DNA of 64,000 nucleotides from Adineta vaga (lineage: Eukaryota; Animalia; Rotifera), in assembly GCA_021613535.1 (NCBI GenBank), contig CP075492.1, positions 16,182,001 through 16,246,000 of the forward strand. Direction: 5' to 3'. The notes beneath the pieces are model-generated. The model was not told the origin of the DNA, made no database searches, and was given only the letters and a program-made list of their open reading frames with translations. Both the position numbers and the translations under genes were made by a program. Numbering within the stretch: position 1 is the stretch's first letter; every line of letters starts with the position of its first letter. Positions 48,301 to 62,282 of this stretch are shown piece after piece.

Positions 48301-48590
48301 CTTTTTTTTAGATATGGCTTCTCGATTTAACTATATCAGAATCAGTATAGTCTCTCCCACGTTTCTTATGAACACATAGGCTGATATGAAAATAAACATC
48401 GTCAATATGTGTTTGTTTGTTGTTATTCTCGTCCAATCATCGTTAGAGCTCATCTTTGAACCAATTTGACTGTATTCAACCAAGATAGAAAAATTGTTAT
48501 TGTGAAGCACTTCAGACAATGACGAGAATGAACTTGTCTCTATACATACAGAAAGAACACGAGAATTGTATTCATGTCGAAAAATTACAT

Positions 48591-50313
48591 ATGAACCGTT
48601 CAACTGCAAATATTTTGTCGCTTAGCGATGAAATATTACTTAATATTTTGAGCAATCTTAATAATATGGACGTATTGTGTTCACTTATTGGAATCAATCG
48701 AACACTCGATCGATTGGCTCGAGATACAAGGTTTACGCAATGTCTTGATTTAACAAGAAAATTAACAAACGATGCTGATGATGTGGAAACTAGATTTCTT
48801 AATCGATTTTGTTTGGATATTATACCTCGCATTGAACACCATATTGAATGTCTTACACTTGATCTATCTTCAATCGATCATGTTCTTCGTATTGGCAGTT
48901 ATGTTCAACTTCGTCAACTTACACTTGTTAATGCTCAGTACAAAATATTATATGAAATGTTCTGTGATAAGCGGACAATTATTCATACCTTTCAAAATCA
49001 AATATCAATCTTACTATTATTATTAAAGATGATCATGTAACTGAACAAAATATAATATACTCGCGTAGAACCTTTACTGACATTTTCCTGATGTTCACAG
49101 ATTTAACACATTTTCAATTCTCTTTTCACAATTCTCAGCTTTATTTACCAATTGGTAGTGCGGATTTGCCATTAACATCATGCTGTTCATCTCATATTGT
49201 TTGTTTAAATGTTAGAGTACCTGATATTACTGTTTGTTTTTCTTTACTTGATGGGCATCTTAGTCAACTCCAAAGATTCATTCTTCATGTTAATCGTATT
49301 CCGCAGACATTAATGATTAACACAAATAAGGTAATAGAATTGTCATTTTTGCTATGAAATCTCTTCAGTAAACATGTATTTGATAAGTGTAGAAGTGTGA
49401 CTCGTAGTTTTGATTGTTCGATTGACTAACTAAATCTCATATTACTCGATGTTTATCGTTTTCTATTTAGAGAATTCTTTCGAATCTCAAATATTTTTCA
49501 TTAACTTCATTGCATCGAACAACGGCATATGATAGTCTAATTGTGCCGTTTGTCTGTCAAATGTTTCATTTGGAAAAGCTCACATTATCACTGATTGTTT
49601 ATGATAGAAACTCACTTGTGGATGGTAATTCACTGGTTGGAGATATACTTAGTCATATGTTAAATCTACATACATTTACCTTCAATATAATTACTGAAGG
49701 TGTCGATTTATCCGAAGAATTTCTTCCATCCATTGGTGATATTAGTCGGCCTCTCGTTAAAAGAGGATTTAATTTAGATTGTTATACAGACTACAATATG
49801 CTTAGTAGAGGCCAGTGTCATATTTATTCTCTTCCTTTTAATATGGACTGTATGCATATACATTCGCATAGATTTCCTGGCGGTTTATTCCTTTCTGTTC
49901 GTTGTTTGCAAGTACAGGATTTCGTTCAGCCATTTCTATTCGAGTTTTTTCTTCGAATCTCTCAATCTTTTCCATTACTGGAAAAGTTGGTCGTATTTAA
50001 TCCAAATCCACAAAAGACGGCAGCAGAAGGAGGACAAGATCAAAATATATTGGTAGCTTATTTTCGTCATTTAGTTGAACTTGATATTCGCGGTTCTTAC
50101 GTCGACTATGTTAAACTGTTTCTTTTCAATGATAGTGTATATTTACCATCTCTTCACACATTACATGTTAAATATGAGCATTTGGTGATGGCAACAGATA
50201 ATTTCACAAATACTACTGCACGTGTTAATTGCGACAATTTACGAAATCTTATCTTTGATTTGAGACCAATGATATATTCAGAGAACTTTTTTCTTTATTT
50301 TCCTTCGTTGTGA
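48591..50313 (+). pseudogene. F-box/LRR-like gene with 1-nt frameshift near 49008 (intron about 49331..49470)
   Basis: LSLSDEILLNIL..L.NMDVL.SL F-box and CHIYSLPF motif; frame break at CAAATATCAATCTTACT. Could be a sequencing error. Confidence 0.65.
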
Positions 50314-52484
50314 ATAAAATTCTTTTTTGCATTTCTGAATATTCGATAGATACGAGAGAAATAAAGTTATGAATGTGTATAGCTTGCTTCAAGATTGCGA
50401 TTAGATTGCGCTATGGGTACTCCTGATATTATGAAGAAGACAAATTAAGAACTGACATATCAATGATTAGATATGCGATTTTGTAGCAGTTGTTAACCCA
50501 ATGTTTTTCCGTTGAATTATTTAAATGGAAGTCAAGTCTGACAACCTTGAGATCACTTTGAAAAGAATGTTACTTTAGATTTTTGCGGACAAGAATCTTA
50601 TGGGTAAGACATAACTGGCTATTCAGAACTTAAATTCTGGAATAGATTTGAGATGTAAAGATATTTCTCATTCTTTCGTTCTATACTCAAGTAACGTTCA
50701 AATGAAATATAAGAAAATGTCTTATGCATAGATACGTGAAAACCTTCATTGCTTATAAAGCTTCAAATATAAATACGAAATAAAGTCAAAATAAATAATA
50801 AAATCATATATTCTTGATGAATTCTTCATTTCTTGGTAAAAACTAATTAGAAAGTTTTCAAGAGAAAAGTATATATATATATAGGCGATGTTTATCAGAA
50901 ATGTTGATCGTTTTGTATCTGAAACTAATATATTAAACTTTCCAGTTCATGACGTCATCTCGTAGACAAGAGAGAAGATGTGAAAGATATTTTTTTCGTT
51001 CTATCATCGTTTTAGAAGATGAATACTGTACAATGTAGAATCGAATTATAACACGTGATTCTTCTTTGATCAAACGAATATTTTCTTTTCTTCTTACATA
51101 TTCTAGTAACAAGGTAGACATGTAATCTATATTTTAATTCATTCATTTATTCGTCCAAGTCAGTGCTCGTCGTGCTGATTCTTGTGTACATCTTATCGTC
51201 ATTTCGTTTGGTTTAATTAAATATGGATTCATTTTCAGTCGAGTCCATGTTCATCCTAAATATACATGTGCAAACTCCAGAAACGATAGTGGAAACGATA
51301 GTTTATATTTTAAATCATCAAAAGAAAAACTTCTACATTTAGTATGCTTATTATTTACGTGAATTGGACGAACTTGAAGAACAACGACAAGCTATATTAC
51401 TAATTTTGCTGATATACCAGGTGATTTAAAAGGTCGTATTGATTTCGTAACGGACGTTATCAAATATTTGTGGAATACATTCAATAATATCAGGAATATT
51501 TTGTTTTATAAAAAATAATGAAATTTTCGTATAGTGCGTGCTTTATTGGATATCTTATATCGTGGACGATCAACCAGGAAATTCTTTTACTCGTTCTTAT
51601 ATACAATATGATTGCGAGTCAACGTCTTTGCTGATCCTTACAATATCCAGTAAATTCTTTGTTCATTCTTATATGCAATATGATATCGAGTCAATGTATT
51701 TGCTGATTTAAAACATGTCACATATAATCCAGCTTCTTTTCTTTTCTCTTCCTCTCCAATCTATCCATATGGTACCACTATATCTTCTCTTTTCTTTTTT
51801 CGTTTTCTTTTTCTACCACATATGTAAGACTTTACACGCGTCACCCCATCTACACTCACTATTGGTATATATAGTTTTTCTTGTTCTTATTTCTATTCCA
51901 CGGACAAAAGACATACGTCATGTGTCCTTTTTTGTCTACTCCAGCTTATGTAGAAGTACAATACCTTCCGTTGACTTTATGTTACACTGTTGTTTTTTAC
52001 AATAAAGCTTTGGTACCCAAAAAAAATAATATCGTGGACGAGAACTCATTCATATCCAGGTCAATGAAAACGGAGTCGTTTACAATGCTTTTTTGGACTG
52101 TAAACCGTGACAAAACGGTGACTTTACGACCGAAAATGAACAGTTTTGTTCCGTAATCACAGGCATAGATTTACGGCATCGTAAACGCACTGTATTCTCC
52201 TCCGAAACAGCTACTTTTCGGCTATGTACGGATACAGAACGGACCGTATTACTGCGCCCGATAATACGGTCAGTGTTACAGCCAGTATAATATCCGTTTT
52301 TATATCGTAAAGGCCGTATATGGAGGGTGTGGTTTAAGACTGTATGCTAAAATATTTCCACACTCACACCCGCCCACACCCAAACGGTTGAATTCAAAAT
52401 CTTATATTTATAAGATAAGGTTTATTTCTCGAATAAAATGAATGACATAAAAATGTTAATGATCAATGAGAAACAGTTTTGTTA

Positions 52485-54180
52485 TTAGATGACCAAAGCA
52501 AGGACATTAATATTATCTTCTTTTTCATAAGTATTGATCAATTGTTGATATTCATTTTGTCGTTGGATTGTTCGGATTTGATATTGTTGTTTTCATTTGT
52601 CTGCAAGTGATTTTATTTTAATTGAATTTGTCTCTGTTAAATTACGTAATTGTGTAAGATGTTGCTCACGTTGTTCATCAGTTTCTAAAAAAAGAAACTG
52701 AGTAACACTTGCAATTTGTTCAATCATATATTTATTTGATACATCGTAGTACATTTTAGATGCCATATGTAGATAATGGGCATCTCTTTCGATAAGTTCG
52801 GCTGATTCAGTCATAGCAAGAACATAGAATTCACGATCAGATGCTTCAAGTCCTGATCCCATATTAATACGTTTGACAAATTCTTCTGTGATTATTCTCG
52901 AAGTCATTTCAGTTTTAATAGTCAATTCAGTAAAAAAATGGCAAGTTGAGCCCATTGACCATGTAATTTTGAAGTTTGTTCTAATGCTTTTATTAAAACG
53001 TTTTGAATTTCACGTGGACCAGCAACTTTTAAGTCAATCGATGTAAGTTCATATAATGTTTTTATTAAACTATCTTGATGTTCGGTAATCTGTTGAGAAA
53101 GTTCATCATATTTCTTTTCTGCTTTCTGTAAACGTTGCAAAGCTTCTTGTGCTCTTTGAAGTTTTACTTTCGCTGCGGCTTCTGCAGCTGCATTTGATCT
53201 TGATTTACCCCAACAAAGAAATACACATGAAAATATACGAACTGGAATTATTACTGGAAAAATAACTGAAACAACGTTTGATATTAAGAAGAAGTGAGTT
53301 TGAACTGCACTTGCATGATGTGCTCGTGCATCTTCTACTTCTTTTCGTGTGCTTCATTGTATCTTGATTGTATAATTGGAGTAAGTTCTTCCACTTGCTT
53401 TCTTTTCGAAACGGTACTATTGAATTGTGCTTCAAGATCTTCAATCAAATACGAATTTTCCGATTTAGTTCTTTCGCCGACGGTAATTAACTCTTACGTT
53501 GAAGTGTCTCATTCGCTATTTGTTCAATAGCTGAAATTGTACCAGGTAACATTAAACTGATCAATTTCGGCGAAGCCACAGGGATCAATTGCATAGCTTT
53601 TTTAACATGACGTGGTATTTGTTCCATATTTAATGTAACTCCATACATATTCTGTTGAGCATTAAACAATGCATCATACATTGAACCAGATAATTGAGTT
53701 AGTGTAGTTCGAAATGATTGTGGATATTTTATTTCAATAAATGTTTGATTTGCTGGCATAGTCAGAGGAAAATCACGTTTACTTGCTACAACCATTAATG
53801 CTCCTATGAAATTTACCATTGCTGGAGCACTTGAGACTACTTTATCGTAAACAACATCAGTTTCAGGTTGTCCTTCGAGTTCTTCATCTTCGTTTATCTT
53901 CATCGTAGTAGAAACCAACGATCGGCTTTGGATATCTATACATTCAAATTCAACAAATAGAAGAAAACTTGCATATGAATTAATCGATTTACTCACCAGC
54001 GGGTAGCATACTACGATCGGCATGCATTCGAGCCATGAATTCTTCATCATCTAATTTCGGAATGTTCAGCAGAGCTCGACGGTCCATTTCAAAAACAGTC
54101 TTTAAGTAGCCATCATCAAATGAGCCACCATATGTGATCGATGTTGTCAGTAAAGTCGTTAAAATGACAAATAACAGCAT
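52485..54180 (-). pseudogene. Secreted long-helical coiled-coil protein, multiple frameshifts and a premature TGA
   Basis: Signal peptide exon; SAPAMVNFIGALMVVASKRDF..IKYPQSFRTTL; L..QWAQL..FF. Split over at least 4 ORFs, with the frame continuing past TGA 52593. Confidence 0.7.
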
Positions 54181-55549
54181 GAAAGAAGTTCTAAAAGTAA
54201 GAGCTAGTCGAAAGATTATTCGTATAGTTTAGTGATATGTCTTTTTATACATTAAAATTATCAAGAAAAATATCGAATATCAACCATTTCATTAAGCGTA
54301 AGATCAGAACAATAGTCTGCTGACGCTGTTTTTACATATTAACGTCATAAATCTGTTAGTTTATTGTCTTTGATTTCGATTTACAAGTGTCGAGTTACGG
54401 TACCAATGACGTGTCTTAAATGAATATTGTGTGTTCAGAGACTAAATATGAATAAACGATATAAGATTACTCTTAGATATCCAGACCAAAATATTTGTCT
54501 AATATTATCAGCACAATTTGGGCTTTATAAAACATATTTATTAGTAATTTTACCGATTTTATTGATCAACGGATATGAATCTTATGGATGTTGATGAATA
54601 AAATTATAGTTAATGTACGTAAATCAAGGACTTGAACTGGTCACTTCGGTCTCGTCAGAAAACCATCGATTGATTCTAAGTAAAGATGTGATTATAAAGG
54701 GAATTTTATGAATATTCTAAGCAGATTAAACAATGTACGATTTTATAAAATAGATTGTATTCTTAAAGAATTTGTACTTTTTCTGTTTTGTAAATGATCA
54801 ATCATTTTCTTCTTCTTCTTTTTTTAAATGTTTATCGTTGAATCTCTTCTTCACGAGATGTAAAAAGTAGATCTCTTACATTCCATATGTGTACACTGCT
54901 GAGATTATATGTTTTTATTTATTTATTTCCTCCTCTGGAAAATCACGTCATTCATGAAGGAGAAAACAAGAACAACTAAAGATACATCTTAATATACGAA
55001 GTAAAGGCAGAAAAAAATAGACTAATATTTGACTAATAACATCTGCATTCTTTTATGATATGTGTATCAAAATGGAATATAATAGTCATAATTTGACAAC
55101 GAAGGTTTGTGAATTTCTACTTTTAAAGACATATTCTAGTCTCAACAGATTTAAAATTATGAGCAAAACGTTTATTCATAACTGTGCAATTGTTATGGCA
55201 CGTAAATACAATGTACCATAAGATGAGTCATTGTATAGATACATTCCATATGTTCGTTCTCTTGCTTTCTTTCTTTTCTTTTATATAGACGCGAGTATAT
55301 AAGTATATTTTTTGTATTAGAATCATGTGATTTTTGAGAGAAAGATTTTTAAATCTATTAGTGCATATATGTCTTCTACCAGACACATCACATAGACGAA
55401 GAAATGTTTGTTAGAAATTTCCAACTTCGTATTTATACTTTCAGTATATCGTCTTTTCTTTATGAATACTTATATAAATAGTTACATGTTTTCTTTTTCT
55501 TTCTTATTTTATTTATGTATAGATACTGTCGACAGAATATCATAATCTC

Positions 55550-58500
55550 ATGGCAAACACAACTATTTTAGAAATACCACTCGAAATACTCTACAGTATT
55601 TTTGATCGTTGTGATACTTATACTATCTTTCATTCAATTCGTTACGTATGCAAATACTTTTATCATGCAGTTAATAATTACAAGCCACATAAACTTGATT
55701 TAACTTCTAATTCACGTTATAACTTCGAACTTATCTTTCGTCTCACACCATTAAATTCGATTACTTCATTACTTATATCCAATGATAAAAAGGGTCGAAT
55801 ATCGAAATTTATTTCTCGTGTTGGTAATCAACAATTGGTTCAACTTCATTCTTTAGCACTTGATGGTGTTAGTGATAAGGAATTGGAACATTTCTTTAAA
55901 AATATTCTTACAAACGAGTTAAGTTCACTTTCAATTGAATGGAAAAACTATGGTGAATATAAATTACGAGAAATTATTGTACCAGCAATTGGTCAATTCA
56001 ATCTTAAAAAATTGTGCTTGAAAAATTTCTGCAATATCGTGAATGATGAATCAATGCCAAAATGTTGTAACATAGAACATTTTACAATTGGTTCGTGTTC
56101 GTATTTAGACTATCCAAAGATTCTCAATCGAATGCCACGATTAAAAAAATTGGTTATTGGTGAATGTACATCTAGTTACAATAATAAAATTCTTTCTGAT
56201 TCTGACTTAGATATTCAACCACAATTGGAATTTTTAACAATCAATAACTGTGCATCATATGCAGTGAATTTACGTGATCTCGAAGCATTACTTTCATTAA
56301 CGCCAACCATTCACCATCTCAAATTGATTTATGAAAATCAAGATTGCAAGCCGATTTTTTACGGTGAATATTGGGAAAAGTTTATCTCATCGAAATTACC
56401 TTTGTTGAACACCTTTGAATTCTCATTTTTACACAAATTATATGAAGATAAAAAAGTTCCACAACTTGATACATTGATTGCCTCATTTCAAACACCTTAT
56501 TGGCTTGATAAGCATCGGTTTGTTACTTGTGAATATAATATCGATTCACGAGAAGTTCGACTTTACACATCAGGCATGACTTGCCATGAAATATCAACTA
56601 AATATAAAAACGGACGATGGTCATTTGAAAAATCAGCACCAGTATTTAAAATATCATCACAAGATAATATTTACAGACTAACTAAATCAAGTAAATGTGA
56701 TAAGGTACGAATAGTATATTGAAACAATACTCATGTCACATTTTAAAAGATTGTTCATTGGACTAAAACCCGGACAGACAAAACTTATCAAAAAATGCGT
56801 AAAAACACGTTGAGATTTCGTTAAAACGGCGTATTATCAGTTCGAAATCGAAAAACCGCCGTTTTCACGAAACTTGAACTTGTTTATACGCATGAGTATT
56901 TTAATGCGTTCAAGATTTCTTCGTAATAATCCGTCATTTTGTAAGATTAAACGCAGTATTACTCGTTAAATTGCAAGGATTAACGCGTCTTTTTTTGGTC
57001 CTGGTCAGTCTGGGAAGTATCTTATACATAAAATTTACATAGTGATTACTTCTTTTCTTTAAACAATCGAAAAACTCGTATATTTTGTGCCTGTAAACGA
57101 TATATTGATCAATATAAGTATCCTATGCTTGTTTTTCTTTAAATCATCAGACATAGATTATTTGGGAAATTCATGTTTATGATTAAATATAAACTTTAAC
57201 AAACTGATTTGTATTTTATATCTTATAGATACTTACTACACTTGAAATTTCGTATAATGAAAATTTGAAGAACAATATGCATTATCTGGAAAAAGTATTA
57301 GAGAGTGACAAGGTAAATATTCAATATCATTGATGCTGATACTTTTCTTTCATTTACCTAACTTTCATATTTTGAAATAGACTCTTACTAGCTTGACTTT
57401 GACATCCAACAGAATTAGTGCTTCTGGAATATACTATCTATCTCTTGGATTACAAAAGAATCAAGTAAATTCTTTTTTTTTTCTTTCTATTTAAATTGTT
57501 TATCTTCCATGATCTCATTAATCATATAGACACTCACTGGATTGAATTTTTCTGATACACTCGACTGTGAGGGTGCCAAATATATAGCCGATGCATTAGG
57601 AAAAAACTCGGTAAACACATTCATCTTTTCATATGTATATATATATATATATATAATAATTTTCTTTTTGATCTAACAGTCGCTGACCAGACTCATACTT
57701 ACTGCTATTCGACCAAGCCAGTATGTTACAGAAATCCTAGCTGGTGGATTACGAAACAACACGGTAAGTTTAATTATTCAATATCACTGTCTATTGTTCT
57801 CTCTTATGTATATATTTATAGTCACTTCAAACACTTGTTCTTCAATGTAATGATTATGGAGTATGTGAAATGAAAATTCTTGTTGAAGTTTTCAAAATTA
57901 ATAAAGTAACTTGTCTTGACTCACGATCATGAAAATATCCTATTCATTTTTTTTTACAAAGACGCTAGTTGAAATCGATCTTGCTGAAAACAAAATTGGA
58001 ACTGCAGGGGCTATTGTACTTGCTAATGAACTTAAAACGAATAAGGTTTGTAGTATCTTGTATTCTTTCCTTGAAACTGAATGTCTCTCAATTTGTATAG
58101 ATACTTACTATCTTAAATCTTCAGAAGAATCAAATTGGATCTGATGCTGGACAACATATTGGTAATGCTTTACGAGAAAATAAAGTAATAATTATGTTTA
58201 ACATATTGATCACTCACTTTCACTCATTATAGACACTTCATACACTTTATCTCGATTTTAATCCAATTGGAAGTGAAGGAATGAGAAGTATTGCGAATGG
58301 CCTAGGAAATAACACGGTAAATTGAACAATAATTTTATGAAATTTTTCAATATCTGTATAGACACTCATAACATTAACTCTTCGGAGAACTGAAATCGGA
58401 TCTGACGCTGGACAAAACATCGGTGATGCTCTACGAGAAAATAAAGTAATAAATCATATTCGATACATTTGTCTTACCCATACTCATGAATATAGACACT

Positions 58501-59410
58501 TCGTATGCTTCGAATCGATCATAATCCAATTGGAATGGAAGGAATGAAAGGTATCGCTAATGGCCTACCAAATAACACGGTAAATTGAACAATATTATAT
58601 AATCACGAATGATATGTTTGTATTTGTACAGGCGCTCACTACACTAGAAATAGGTCATTGTCAACTTCAAAGTGAAGGAGTAACATATCTGGCTGCGAGC
58701 TTAAAACAAAACACAGTGATTATTATTCTTCTCTAATTTTCTAACGATTATATTTTCTAATTTCTTATCTTTGCAGACATTAATCAATTTGGAACTAAGA
58801 TACAATAGTATCAAACATACTGCAATTGAACATCTTGCCGATGCACTTAAACATAACAAAGTAGAGTAGAGAATTTGTCAGTTATCGAAATAACATCTTT
58901 TCTTTTCGATGTAGACACTTACTAGATTGGATCTTCTCGGTAATCATATGGAATGCGAAGGTGCACGATTTCTAGCTGCTGCTCTCGAAATGAACACGGT
59001 AATATTCATGTTTGATTCATCTTTTCTTTTGCACACAAATATTTTTCGCTATTCAGACATTAATTACATTGGTGATTGCGCGAAATAGAATTGGAAATAA
59101 CGGGGCACGATATCTTGCCGATGCTCTCAAGACCAACAAGGTTAATACTGTCTTCTTACTTTTCTTCACATTTTCATTTTGTTACTGTTATAGACACTTA
59201 CTACATTGGACTTAGGAGGAGACAATCAAATCTCAACATCAGAAACAGAATATTTCATCGATATCGTTACGAAAAAAACGGTTGGACTTATCGATTTGTT
59301 TATAAATAAAATCATACATTGTTTTTATTTTTGCAATATAGGAACCAATCACGGTTCAATTGCCTTCACGTACAATCAGCAATTGCAATGTGGAAAACAT
59401 TACTACTTGA
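55550..59410 (+). CDS. F-box + RI/NLRC3-type LRR protein, 17 exons
   Basis: Exon 1 is 55550..56704. Fifteen phase-0 LRR exons start at 57229, 57381, 57530, 57680, 57822, 57962, 58101, 58233, 58362, 58496, 58632, 58777, 58916, 59057 and 59194 (84 nt; one 81, one 87). Final exon 59342..59410. Confidence 0.85.
56769..57014. mobile_element. Intronic MITE-like insertion
   Basis: CCCGGACAGAC ... GTCAGTCTGGG imperfect TIRs within an unusually long (524 nt) intron. Confidence 0.5.
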
Positions 59411-59789
59411 TTAACACATAACAGTTTACTCATACTCATACCGTCAAAACAGTTTTACTGCAGCATACTTCCTATAGTTTATAAAAGCTTTTAAATTGCT
59501 ATGACATTTTCTTAAACAAAAAACGTTCATATATAACTTATACGTATACATTGAATTGAAAAAATCTTTCAGGTTTCTTGATAATCAATTGAATCAATAT
59601 TTTTAACTTTTTTTAATATGACAAAAAAACTATTCAAGTTAGATATAAACTAAAGACAATCTCATTATGTTAGGAAGACATATTCTAACGCCATCTGTTA
59701 TTGCCATTTCTTTTACATCATCATACGAAATTTATAATACACAATAAACAAAAACACATTTCTACAGTGTTGCTTGTGCTTTTTTCATC

Positions 59790-60751
59790 TAACATTGACA
59801 ACTTTTCTTACATTATCCGTAGAACTTGTCTATCGAATTTTGGATCAACAAAATCATTTCACTATTTTCTGTTCTATGCGAAATTTATGTCAACGACTGA
59901 ACAAAATAATTGATAGTTATTGTCAATATCGAGTAAATTTCTGTATTTTAGACTGTAATTATCGATTTCTTATACTGTTTTATAATAGATATTAACAACA
60001 TTAGATCTTCGATATCATCAAATAGAACGACAACTCGCTATAATGCATTATACAATGATTCAGTAATACTTCTTGGTTTCTTTTGTTAAACATTCACGTT
60101 GTATTTTAATACACAGGCGCTAACGACAGTAGATCTTGCTGGAAATCTGATTGCAATTTATGGAATGCAACATCTTGCTAATGCATTACGAACTAATACT
60201 GTAATACTCATTCATTTGTCATCGATATCATATATTCATTGATACTGGTTCACCAGAGACACTTACTATGTTCAATGTCGGAACTAATCAAATTAAAGAT
60301 AAAGGAGTACAATATCTGGCTGATGTATTATAAATAATAAAGTATTGATATTCGTCGATGTTATCTATATATCTGTATTGTTTCCTACAGACACTTACTA
60401 CACTAAATCTTGCAGGTAATCGAATTCAATCGAAAGTCATGCGATATTTAGCTGACGCATTACCAATCAATACAGTAATAAAAACGTTTTCATGTGCTTA
60501 ACTTGATTGTATGCATTGTGTTTAATATAGACTCTTACAACGTTAAAGTCTTGCAGGCAATCAGTTTGGAACAGAAGGAATTCTATATTTGGCTAATATA
60601 TTAGAAAAGAATATGGTTAAAATATACTCTTTTCGTTTATTTTCATCCATGTTCTTCACATATATAGACAGTCACGACGTTAGATTTTGTAGGGAATCAA
60701 ATTAAATTTCAAAAATTACAATATCTTTGTAGTGCCTTACGAAACAATACA
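59790..60751 (+). pseudogene. Second F-box + 84-nt-exon LRR gene, disrupted and truncated
   Basis: TFLTLSVELVYRILD F-box and six LRR exons, several with a stop or frameshift; the sequence switches to the duplicated block right after the last exon. Confidence 0.75.
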
Positions 60752-62282
60752 GTAGTAGATGAAGATACTTTTTATCAATGCTTCAAAGATTATTTCCCAT
60801 CATCAATCTCAATCAACATCAATTCATCGTATATTTATTTATGGAAATAAACTAACTTTAAGAAAAGTCAAACAAAGAAATCTTTCAAATATCTAATTTA
60901 CTCACTATCCATCGCCCAATCAGAGTGTTTTACTCCTCGATATGAACTACTTGTGAATTTTCGTCTTTTTTGATGAAGAACGGTTAAGATGTTACATCTT
61001 CTCAAAGACCAGCAAAAAATGCTGTAGATTTGCATCGCAAATGAATTAGACAGCTTCAACATTTTTACTACAAAGAAATTACACTGAAAAGCTTTATATA
61101 AAAAAGAACAATTATTTATCTTAAAAAGACTGGTTTTCATATCTGTCTGATTTAAACATAATTATAATGAAAAGATCACAAATTGAATGAATATAAAAAC
61201 AAATCCAAAGCAAACTAACGTCAGATTCGAATTGCTCCACTTGAAAATCTCGCTACTACTACTTATGTCTCGCTTAGAATACAAGGAGTTTTTCAAGAAT
61301 AAACGTGTGCTAAAATCTGATTGGCTTGAACAAATATTAAGGAATTTTATCGAACGTACAACCTTCAGTTTCAGAAACGAAAGTAAATTGAAATCATTGC
61401 GATCTATCTCGAACTATCATTTCTAAAGTTAGAATTGATCGAGAGACGAATCCATTTGAAGAATTTCAATATGTTACTTTGTTAAAGTATTGATATAGAC
61501 GACAAAGGTAACTCTTTCATGTATGTTTTTTTTTCATTCACGTAGATTCATTTGATGTTTGAGTATTCTCAACGTTGAATAAGAAAAGAGAAGGAAATGG
61601 AAATTTTAGAAGTATAATAGTAATATTAAAAGAAGAAGAAGAAGAAGAAGAGTAAATATATTTTACAAAAGGTAAGAGTTGATTAGTTGCTTGAAAAAGT
61701 ATATTGAAACAAATAGGAAAAAAACAGGATGAACGATCTAAAAGAATCGACTATTGTCTCTCATTTTTTCATATTGTTCATTTTCTGAATTCTACTTTGT
61801 GAGAAAAATGAACGATGAAGTGTCTATGAATTACTTACATCTTGAGGGTGGACACACAACATACTTCACTCTTTCAATTCTATTATGGTTATTTTTAAAA
61901 GAAAATGAATCTTTTCATTATTTTATCTAAACTGCTATCTTCCTTCCATTTTTATCAAATTTTATTAGTCAAAATACAAAAGGAATTTAAAATTAGAAGA
62001 GTAAATGTAGAAAAGGTAAAACATATCGAGAATTGATTAGTACATAGTATCATAGATATAATAATGTGATGTCACCACCGATACTATAGTTTGAATAATT
62101 AAGGATATTTTTTTCATACTTGCACTACTTTCATCATTATTAGAATTCATTCAACACGTTTATTTCCTACAGTTAAAGATTTGTCTGTCAACATCTCATT
62201 GTATTTGATTTGTAAATAAAATGATAGTAAATTTTTTTTAATTTAAATTTAGATTAAAGAAGAATTTTCATCAATAAAATCC

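Noticed and set aside
51220-52320. Coding-like fragments, a short direct repeat (51593-51710) and a GC-richer TACGG/CCGTA tract
   Set aside because: Likely gene and TE debris; boundaries and TIRs could not be established.
57229-60751. Regular ~140-nt periodicity resembling a CRISPR or tandem array
   Set aside because: The units are GT-AG-bounded LRR exons, with no identical direct repeats and no cas genes.
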